From positions 1 to 25,833 of the IMG/VR virus record IMGVR_UViG_3300027756_000050: 25,833 nucleotides of DNA. One strand, given 5' to 3'. Positions 7,720 to 15,154 of the stretch are shown one piece after another. The translations under genes and the position numbers were made by a program. Position 1 is the first letter of the stretch. Each line of letters opens with the position of its first letter. The notes beneath the pieces were generated by a model. The model was not told the DNA's origin. It ran no database searches and was given only the letters and a program-made list of their open reading frames with translations. The stretch is from a virus. Lineage: Duplodnaviria > Caudoviricetes.

Positions 7720-9540
7720 TTAATACTTTTCTCCCCAATTCTCTAGTGGACCATCTATTCCAGCAGTTAGCGGAACATCCCAGCCTTCAGTAGTTGTCAT
7801 ACACTCCTGAACTATTTTCTTAAACTCTTCTGCTTTCTCTCTAGGTGCCTGTAAAACAATTTCATCGTGGACAGGGACAATAAGGTATTCGGTTAAATCT
7901 GCTTGGTCAAGTTTTATTAAATTACTTTTAAATATCTCAGCGGCACCGCCCTGAATCAAGTAATTAATTAGAGTGTAGACACGTCCTTCGTCGCAAGGGA
8001 TTTTACGACCAGTCCAAGTGTAAACGTAACCTTGACCTTCATCCCTCTCCCTGCGAACACCAAGATTTTCAATATCTTTTTGAAACTTAATCATTCCTGG
8101 ATAACGCTTATCAAAAGCATCTGATACAGATTTCATCTGAGACTCTAGAACTCCAGCGGTGATGGCCTGCTTAGCCACTCCAGCGCCGTAGAGACGACCA
8201 TAAACCATTCCCTTAATTAAGTTACGTCTTTTATCTGAACGAACCATCTCTGGTTCTTGATAAACCTCTCGACCAATTTCAGTAAATGGGTCTGAGCCAG
8301 TGGCGTCAGCGCGATTAAAAAGATTAATTAAATTAGGGTCTCTAGATAAAGAAGCAAACATACGAAACTCGACCTGGTCTAAGTCAGAGGTAATAATTAC
8401 GTGGTCTTTATCTTTAGGTATAAAGGCTCTACGAACAGTGTCATCTCCCTTTGGCAGGGTCTGCAATGCTGGGTCAGTAATAGACATACGAGAGGTACGA
8501 GCACCTAATGTTTTTACAGAAGGGTGAACAATGCCATCAATTGATTTGTTTAAGAAGTTAAGGAAGTAGGTATTTGCCAGTTTATCTGCTTTACGCTGTT
8601 TTAAAATTGTTTCGGCAAGGTTTTTAACTTCATCATTGCCTTGAATAGTTAGTAAGTGAAGTTGGTCTTTACTTGCAGATTTTTGACCAGAAGGGGTGGT
8701 TTCAGTTATCTCTGCGCCAAGTTTTTCAAATAATCTTACTAGTTGAATATTGCTGGTAATACTAGTTCCAGCATAGGTTTTAGCAGCCCACTCTTTTACC
8801 GACTCCGTGTAGTTAATAAGTTCTTCGTATTTACGTTTCGAGTACTCTAAATCAACTCTTGCACCGTTTATCTCCATACGAGTAACTATTTTTCTAGCGG
8901 CCATCTCGATTTCATAGGCTTTGTGATAAGGCTGACCAGGACCACATTTTTCATAAAACTTTTCCCACAGGCGCATTGTTAAAATAGTATCGAGTGCGCC
9001 ATAAGACCAGTAAGGCTCAAAGTTTGTGGGAACAGTTCCCCAAGTCCAACCATTTTTTGCTAGGTCGGTATCTAACTTATCTTGAAGATGAGCAGCGTGA
9101 CCATCTACAAGTCTTGCTGATAGAGGTTTTAATCCACCAGGGCCAAGCGGGTCGATAAGGTGAGCCATAATCATCGTGTCATGTGCACGATGCCAAGGCA
9201 TTTCCCAGTTAGATTTAATTGCAAACCATCGTGCTTCAAATGCAATGTTGTGACACACAATAGGGCCATCAAATTTATTCATTGCTTCATAAAAGACACC
9301 AGACCACTCTAACCAAGGAATAGACCAGCCATGCATACCATCGCCAACTTGAACTAAACGAATGTCCCCATGCCAAGGAGATAAAGCGTGGTCTCTAGGA
9401 AAGCCTGGTTTTTCTCCAGTTTCGATGTCTACAGCAATTGCACTGTGCGGCCGCCTTTGAGATAACCAAGAGATAAATTCATTTGCCTTTTCTACAGAGT
9501 CAACAAGGCTTACTTGAATTCCATCTAGTCCGTTTGTCAT
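7720..9540 (-). CDS. polA: Phage DNA polymerase I (family A; 3'-5' exonuclease plus polymerase, no 5'-3' exonuclease)
   Basis: ExoI DIET, ExoII HNIAFE, ExoIII YGALD; motif A DLDQVEFR, motif B RNLIKGMVYGRLYG, motif C VHDE. Confidence 0.96.
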   Translation of the reverse strand: MTNGLDGIQVSLVDSVEKANEFISWLSQRRPHSAIAVDIETGEKPGFPRDHALSPWHGDIRLVQVGDGMHGWSIPWLEWSGVFYEAMNKFDGPIVCHNIAFEARWFAIKSNWEMPWHRAHDTMIMAHLIDPLGPGGLKPLSARLVDGHAAHLQDKLDTDLAKNGWTWGTVPTNFEPYWSYGALDTILTMRLWEKFYEKCGPGQPYHKAYEIEMAARKIVTRMEINGARVDLEYSKRKYEELINYTESVKEWAAKTYAGTSITSNIQLVRLFEKLGAEITETTPSGQKSASKDQLHLLTIQGNDEVKNLAETILKQRKADKLANTYFLNFLNKSIDGIVHPSVKTLGARTSRMSITDPALQTLPKGDDTVRRAFIPKDKDHVIITSDLDQVEFRMFASLSRDPNLINLFNRADATGSDPFTEIGREVYQEPEMVRSDKRRNLIKGMVYGRLYGAGVAKQAITAGVLESQMKSVSDAFDKRYPGMIKFQKDIENLGVRRERDEGQGYVYTWTGRKIPCDEGRVYTLINYLIQGGAAEIFKSNLIKLDQADLTEYLIVPVHDEIVLQAPREKAEEFKKIVQECMTTTEGWDVPLTAGIDGPLENWGEKY

Positions 9541-9576
9541 TTATCCTTCTGTCTTTTTCTCTAGTTTAATTCTTTT

Positions 9577-10047
9577 TTATAGAATTGTCTCTATCCTATA
9601 GATAGTGTCTATGTTTTCATCATTCTTAGAAGCAGCCTCTAAGAGTTCGCGAGCAACATAGGTAAGGTATCTTGCCCCACTTTCGTTATATTTGTAAAGC
9701 GCATCTAGTACAGGCTGAGGATTATCGCTTACCTGAGCCCAGTAGCGATACCTTTCTGGAAAAATAATAGGCAACGACCTATTAGGGGAGCACTCTTCAC
9801 AGGGAATAGCGTCTTTTTCAAGATTTTCGGTATACTCGTCAATTAAATTATATCGTTCTACTTTTTCACAGGTTGCCCCGTGATAAATTAAAGAGACGCC
9901 TATACGAGAAAGTACGTAAGAACCGTTCTCAGTCTTGTAAAGGGCAAACTCAATCCAGCGCACCGAACCCTTACGCCACGAAGAGGATTTACTCAGCAGT
10001 TTCCCATTAAACTGTAAAGTCCTAGAACTATCTTTTACTTCAAACAT
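9577..10047 (-). CDS. Hypothetical protein with putative metal-binding H-x3-C...C-x2-C motif
   Basis: RWIEFALYKTENGSYV strand pair; YHGATC...PCEECSP. Confidence 0.75.
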   Translation of the reverse strand: MFEVKDSSRTLQFNGKLLSKSSSWRKGSVRWIEFALYKTENGSYVLSRIGVSLIYHGATCEKVERYNLIDEYTENLEKDAIPCEECSPNRSLPIIFPERYRYWAQVSDNPQPVLDALYKYNESGARYLTYVARELLEAASKNDENIDTIYRIETIL

Positions 10048-10052
10048 AGTCT

Positions 10053-10211
10053 CTATTTATCTTGATTTTCAACAATTTTTGCTACATCCATTAATTGAGT
10101 CAGATCGGCTCGAAGAGAGGCAATCTGACCTTCATAATTTGCAGTAATTTCGCCAATACGTTGCTGTAGGACGATAATCATTAGCTCGTTCTTTGTCTTT
10201 GGTGTGTCCAT
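10053..10211 (-). CDS. Small coiled-coil protein (52 aa), absent from the ORF track
   Basis: Hand translation MDTPKTKNELMIIVLQQRIGEITANYEGQIASLRADLTQLMDVAKIVENQDK*; AAGGA RBS; fills the gap between neighbours. Confidence 0.85.
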   Translation of the reverse strand: MDTPKTKNELMIIVLQQRIGEITANYEGQIASLRADLTQLMDVAKIVENQDK

Positions 10212-10492
10212 TAAGTAAACGTCCTTGTTGTAGGTTAGTTATTAGGAAAGAGCTGTAATCCGTGCTTCTAGCGCTTCAATTTGTGCGTCGGCTTCGTCAA
10301 TTTGATCGTTAGCGTCTGCGATTTTAGTAGTTGAAGGCGTTGATGTAGCGTTTTCCTCGATAATAACTAGCTCTGCGTTGAACTTGTTATAGTTGATGTT
10401 CTTAATGTGCGAGTTGATAACCGCAATTTTATCTGCCGCGGTTAAGTCGTAATCTGCCATTGTGTCTCCTTGTGTCCATTTAACGTCCTTGT
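10203..10492. repeat. Bipartite direct repeat flanking the 72-aa gene
   Basis: TGTGTCCATT-aagta-AACGTCCTTGT at 10203-10228 and TGTGTCCATT-t-AACGTCCTTGT at 10471-10492. Confidence 0.8.
10242..10460 (-). CDS. Small helical-hairpin protein, probable paralogue of 10544-10789
   Basis: AAGGAG RBS; heptad pattern; shared Y-x(1,2)-[LI]T-x2-DK-x8-KN pattern. Confidence 0.82.
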   Translation of the reverse strand: MADYDLTAADKIAVINSHIKNINYNKFNAELVIIEENATSTPSTTKIADANDQIDEADAQIEALEARITALS

Positions 10493-10543
10493 AACGCTAA
10501 ATTGTATAACAAAAACTCATCTCTATGTATTGATTTTATAGTC

Positions 10544-10789
10544 TTAGTATTGACTAAATATGTCAACTCCATTGTTCAAATCACTCAATACGCCATTTAA
10601 AACTGTCATATTAGAGTTTGCTCTTTCTATTCCTTCATGTATCTGGCTTATTTCTTCCTCTGTTGCTCCATTAGTATTAGATTCCAATAAGGCAAGTGTT
10701 AGATGGTATATTGCATTTTCATTATTCTTCATTCTTTCACCTACTAGACGTTTTTTATCGTCTATCGTGATATTTGTATAATTGCTCAT
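10544..10789 (-). CDS. Small helical-hairpin protein downstream of tail fibre
   Basis: GGAGAG RBS; heptad pattern; similarity to 10242-10460. Confidence 0.8.
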   Translation of the reverse strand: MSNYTNITIDDKKRLVGERMKNNENAIYHLTLALLESNTNGATEEEISQIHEGIERANSNMTVLNGVLSDLNNGVDIFSQY

Positions 10790-10816
10790 ATACTCTCCAT
10801 TGTATTCTTATTAGTA

Positions 10817-13771
10817 TTATACACTAGCGTCACCAAACGGCGTCGGTGATGGGTTAGTAGTTGTTGTGCTCGTTGCAGTGTTTCTTTTCCATGAGCTAGC
10901 TATCTGAGTTCCAGCCGTACCAGTTCGGCTTGCTCCAGTATATGGAATAACTCTTATTCTGTACCAAGCGTTAGATCCAGCGGGGGCAGCAGTCGTAGTG
11001 GAGTTAACAGTGCCAGACCCGCCACTTAGGGTAAGAAGGGTGCTAGTTCCTGCAGTATAGCTACTTGTAGGTGGTGTTGGTGATGAAGCTGCTCTATCAA
11101 CACGTACATCGCAAGAGAGAGCATTAGCACATGTTATTGCGAAACTCATAAAAATAGGTCCTGCATTTGTATTTGTTGATTGAATTTGAGTTACTGAAGG
11201 TATAACTGGTGCCGCTGCCGTTGTAAATGAAACTGAGCCAGCAGTTGAAGTTCCTACAGCATTTATAGCTCTTACAAAATATGTATATGAAGTTGAAGCA
11301 GTAAGTCCACTTAAACTTTGAGTTAAAACGTTTCCTATATTTGAATAGCCACTTGACCCAAGTTGTGCTTCATAACTAGTTATAGCTGAGCCACCATTTG
11401 AGGGAGCGGACCAACTTATTGTAACTGTAGTCTGTGTTGGTCCAGATGTTACAGAAGGAGATGGTGCACTAGGTGCAGTCGGTAAAGTATAATAAATTGC
11501 ATATAAAGTTGCTGATGATGTAAATGGATAACTTGCTTGGTTTGCATAGACAACAGATCCGCCAGCTGAGGTTGACCATCCAGAGAAAGCCTGTCCTGCA
11601 GGTGGCGTAAACCCAAACGCAGTTAAATTTGTGGCAGTATTTGCTGTTTGGCTAGCCATGCTTCCAGTTCCACCATTTGCATTAAACGTCACAGTAAATG
11701 ATTGAGCTGGAGTTGAAAACGATGCGCCAGTTGTTGTTGCAGTGTCTCCAGTTGCTGATGTAATTACTAATGTTGGCGTGTACGAACTACTTGCAGATAA
11801 TGAGACAGATTGAGATGTCTGAGACGACCCGCTATAAGAGCCAACACCTGACAATGACCATGAACTTTGGTTTGTAGATGTCCATGAAATAGTTGCGCTG
11901 GAAGATGTAACGGATGAGGAGGTTGGCCCGCTGTTAATGGTTGGTATTGTAAATGAGCCAGTGCTAGCCGCTGTTCCAGTTAGAGACGACCCTACTGCCC
12001 TAACTTGAAAAACATTGCTTCCGCTTAATCCAGTAAGAGAGACAGATGTTGATAAGCCATTATTTATCCAGCCTAGGCTATTTAATTGATACTCATAAGA
12101 TACAACTGTGCCACCAGATGATGGTGCAGACCAACTAAATGTTTTTGAGCCAGCATTTCCAGTTGTTCTTGTTAAACTTGTTGGCACCCCTGGCGCATTT
12201 GGTAGTGTTATTGAAGTTGTTTTTAAAGAACCGTACGTATCTTCCCCATTTATAGGATACACATTAACTGTGTATGTAAGTCCAGCTGTGAGCCCAGAAA
12301 TGTTGATAGGGCTTGTAGATGATGTGATTATGGTTGGATAACCTGTGTGAGAAGCCCCTGCCCTTACAACATCTATACTATAAGATGTCATATAAGAATG
12401 AGTAAATGGTATCTGTGCTTGTGTTCCAGATGGATATGTTGGTGTCCCCAAAGTAATTACTGGAACCCCGTATACAAGTTTATAGTTACTATATTCAGAT
12501 GGAGAAGGTGTCGCTAGATTATATGCCTTAACTCCAAAATATAATGCTTTGTCTATCATATTTAACTGACTTCTATAATCAGTTGTTGGAACAGTTAAAG
12601 ATATAGAAGTTGATGAGCTAACTGTCCCTTCATAATAATTAGGCGCAGTTGTTGTTCCAGAAGTAGCAGTATTTGAAAAAGATTGCAGTGTCCACTGTGA
12701 CCCGCCTGGAGCGTATGAACCTAAATTGTTCCACCATATAACATCTGTAACTGGATGATTAGTGTTGGAGTTTAAATTAGACTGATATCTATTATTTCCA
12801 GAATAAACTATTGCTCCAGTTGAATAGGTGGTAACAGAAGAATAGACTGAGACCGAAGATATTGTAGACGCTGCAACATAAGCATTTCCAGATAAAGAAA
12901 CAAATGTTCCAGAAGAATATGCTGTTCCAGCATTTGCCCATGCAGTTGGAGTGTCTACTGTATAAGTTATAGTGTTGCTTGTAACAGAACTAATTGTTGC
13001 ATTTGATTTGTTAAATAAAGAATCCATTGATGTCACTATAAGCGTATCCGAGGCTTTATACCCATGATCTGCAGATGTTGTAAGTACTGCTATAAATCCA
13101 GATAAGGTCTTATTTGATACAGTCCTTGCTTGAGAAAATGTAAGTGGGTAACTCGTAGCACCACTCATAAAAAACCATCTATAGTCATATGATGTTGGAC
13201 TATATGACCACGTTCCTATATTTCCATACGCCGTGTTTCCTACAGTTGTGCTTCCAGTAATTGATGGGAATGTTGAATCTGGAGTAGGTGTTCCATAATA
13301 CACAATTACAGACGAGCTCTGAGAAGTTGCACTTGTTGAATAAGTTGAGTTTACCGCAGTTACAACAAAGCGGAAGTAGGAGGCAAATGCGGGAAAGTCT
13401 GAAACTGTAAGCGCGTAGGTAACAGTGTTTGAAGAGCCAGAAGAAGGGTTGGCAATAGATGTTGCAGAGCCTATGTTGGACCAAGATGAGTTATCAGATG
13501 ACTTTTGAAAGACATACGTTAGAGACGTAGAGTTTGTCCAATAAAAGTTAGTGCCTGTAAGAGTTGAAGGATAGGCTGAGTTATTGCGGGAGATTGTTAC
13601 TGTAGACGCGATTGTAGGAGTTATCGTGGCTGTAAAAAAATCTGACCAAACGCTGGCTGCTGTTTTTACTCTTCCTCTTATTACATCAGACCATGTGCTT
13701 AGCCCTGTCTTAACTCTTAGTTCGCTAACATTAGACCAGGTTGAGGCTCCAGTTTTAACTCTTATTGCCAT
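10817..13771 (-). CDS. Tail fibre / adhesin with Ig-like, fibronectin type III, CBM5/12-like and InlB B-repeat-like domains
   Basis: Ser/Thr-rich 984 aa; FN3 motifs (FSWSAPSSGG..YEY..FQVRAV; ISWSAPSNGGSAITSY..GLTASTSYTYFVRAIN); FTVTFNANGG..FSGW..TLYA B-repeat; three N-terminal RVKT-x4-WS repeats. Confidence 0.82.
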   Translation of the reverse strand: MAIRVKTGASTWSNVSELRVKTGLSTWSDVIRGRVKTAASVWSDFFTATITPTIASTVTISRNNSAYPSTLTGTNFYWTNSTSLTYVFQKSSDNSSWSNIGSATSIANPSSGSSNTVTYALTVSDFPAFASYFRFVVTAVNSTYSTSATSQSSSVIVYYGTPTPDSTFPSITGSTTVGNTAYGNIGTWSYSPTSYDYRWFFMSGATSYPLTFSQARTVSNKTLSGFIAVLTTSADHGYKASDTLIVTSMDSLFNKSNATISSVTSNTITYTVDTPTAWANAGTAYSSGTFVSLSGNAYVAASTISSVSVYSSVTTYSTGAIVYSGNNRYQSNLNSNTNHPVTDVIWWNNLGSYAPGGSQWTLQSFSNTATSGTTTAPNYYEGTVSSSTSISLTVPTTDYRSQLNMIDKALYFGVKAYNLATPSPSEYSNYKLVYGVPVITLGTPTYPSGTQAQIPFTHSYMTSYSIDVVRAGASHTGYPTIITSSTSPINISGLTAGLTYTVNVYPINGEDTYGSLKTTSITLPNAPGVPTSLTRTTGNAGSKTFSWSAPSSGGTVVSYEYQLNSLGWINNGLSTSVSLTGLSGSNVFQVRAVGSSLTGTAASTGSFTIPTINSGPTSSSVTSSSATISWTSTNQSSWSLSGVGSYSGSSQTSQSVSLSASSSYTPTLVITSATGDTATTTGASFSTPAQSFTVTFNANGGTGSMASQTANTATNLTAFGFTPPAGQAFSGWSTSAGGSVVYANQASYPFTSSATLYAIYYTLPTAPSAPSPSVTSGPTQTTVTISWSAPSNGGSAITSYEAQLGSSGYSNIGNVLTQSLSGLTASTSYTYFVRAINAVGTSTAGSVSFTTAAAPVIPSVTQIQSTNTNAGPIFMSFAITCANALSCDVRVDRAASSPTPPTSSYTAGTSTLLTLSGGSGTVNSTTTAAPAGSNAWYRIRVIPYTGASRTGTAGTQIASSWKRNTATSTTTTNPSPTPFGDASV

Positions 13772-13780
13772 TTTATAATC

Positions 13781-15154
13781 CTAAGCATATTGCAACCAAA
13801 TATCTCCTATGTTGCCATCTGAAGATGACGTTGATATCAGTGTAGTTCTTATGTACACATTTCTAATATTTCTTGCTGATGTGCCGCCAACAGCAGTGTC
13901 CACATTAATAGTATTATCAAAACCGTAGAAAGTTGTGCTTCCAGACATTTTAATTGCTCCAAGTATTTCTGTCTCTATGCCTGCGCTCAGTGTAATATAG
14001 TCTGTGTCTAAATTAATAACTCCATCTGATAAAGCGGTTGTAGTTGATAAACTAACTACTTTACCTGCAGAGATAGCACCTCCAGTAATGGTTAAAGCAT
14101 TACCAGTGAAAGCGCCAACATTTCCAGTTGTTACAAATGATCCACCAGTAATAGTTGCGGTAGAAGATATACTCCCTGAAAATGTTCCAGCGCTTATCTC
14201 GCCAGTCACAACTAATCCACCAGCCGATGAGTATGACATTGATTCACTGCCATCACCAACTTTAAAGGAACCAGTGTCGTACCAATAATTATTTGCATCA
14301 ATCCATATACCGTCATTTGTACTATCTACGTTTGCACCAAAGCGTGCCGTGCCTCCAGTAACGTATCCCGTAAATGTTCCACCTGTCGCGTTAATATCTC
14401 CAGTTACAACTAACCCGCCAGCAGACGAGTACGACATTGACTCGGTGCCATCACCAACTTTAAAGGCTCCAGTGTCATACCAATAATTATTTGCGTTAAT
14501 CCATATACCATCATCTGTACTGTCTACGTTTGCACCAAATCTTGCAGTTCCTGCAGTAACGTATCCCGTAAAGGTTCCACCAGTTGCGTTTACGGTGCCA
14601 GAAAATATAGCGTCACCAGTTGAGGCACTTATTGAAAACGTAGCGCCATTTCCTGCACCAGTGCTACTAGAGTTAAATCCAGCAAGACCTGCAGAGTTCA
14701 TAACTATGCGTGCGCCTGTTGTTGGAGAACTGCCAGAGTAGACAGTGATTCCGTTAGTGTTTACAGCAGTTATTTGATTACTTGCATTGACAATTGTGTT
14801 TGCGCTCGGTTGAAGTGATGCTAATGCCGCGGCCTGTGCAGTAGGGTCAGTAACATCTACATAATCTCCCTGAGCTTCAGAGTAGACAGAAGCACTATTT
14901 GTAGTAGGATTTACAACCAGTAATCCTTCTTTTGGAGTATCAATTACATCTGCAGGATTATCACTAGTTACTACAGCAGTACCAAAACTAACCTCTTCGG
15001 CTGTAATGGTGCTAGGGGCTATAGCAGAACCCTTAATAACTCTATTTTGAAGCCTAGTTCGTATAGGCTTTCGTTCCATACGTCGTATACGTCTTTGTAT
15101 GTCAGATATGCTATTTCCTAGATTCTTTCTACTATTACGTCTTCTACTAGACAT
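13781..15154 (-). CDS. Minor tail / tail fibre protein with internal 66-aa duplication
   Basis: N-terminal coiled coil (ISDIQRRIRRMER), Gly/Thr-rich beta repeats, C-terminal GNIGDIWLQY. Start placed at ATG 15154 (GGAGG RBS, overlaps upstream stop) rather than 15184. Confidence 0.78.
   Translation of the reverse strand: MSSRRRNSRKNLGNSISDIQRRIRRMERKPIRTRLQNRVIKGSAIAPSTITAEEVSFGTAVVTSDNPADVIDTPKEGLLVVNPTTNSASVYSEAQGDYVDVTDPTAQAAALASLQPSANTIVNASNQITAVNTNGITVYSGSSPTTGARIVMNSAGLAGFNSSSTGAGNGATFSISASTGDAIFSGTVNATGGTFTGYVTAGTARFGANVDSTDDGIWINANNYWYDTGAFKVGDGTESMSYSSAGGLVVTGDINATGGTFTGYVTGGTARFGANVDSTNDGIWIDANNYWYDTGSFKVGDGSESMSYSSAGGLVVTGEISAGTFSGSISSTATITGGSFVTTGNVGAFTGNALTITGGAISAGKVVSLSTTTALSDGVINLDTDYITLSAGIETEILGAIKMSGSTTFYGFDNTINVDTAVGGTSARNIRNVYIRTTLISTSSSDGNIGDIWLQYA
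14202..14590. repeat. 198-bp-period tandem duplication inside tail fibre gene
   Basis: Copies at 14202-14392 and 14400-14590; about 5 amino-acid differences, most nucleotide differences at third codon positions. Confidence 0.92.

Noticed and set aside
7720-9540. DpoZ / 2-aminoadenine genome
   Set aside because: No purZ or datZ in the window and no diagnostic I can support by eye
5379-9540. Inteins or introns in helicase or polymerase
   Set aside because: Motif spacing and lengths are normal; no splicing motifs or homing endonuclease seen
10501-10804. TACAAT hexamers (minus strand, 10501-10506 and 10799-10804) as sigma-70 promoters
   Set aside because: No convincing -35 box at proper spacing in AT-rich DNA; too weak to list as features
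14202-14590. Repeat pair as DGR template/variable regions
   Set aside because: Both copies are in-frame tandem coding units, differences are not adenine-specific, and no reverse transcriptase is present
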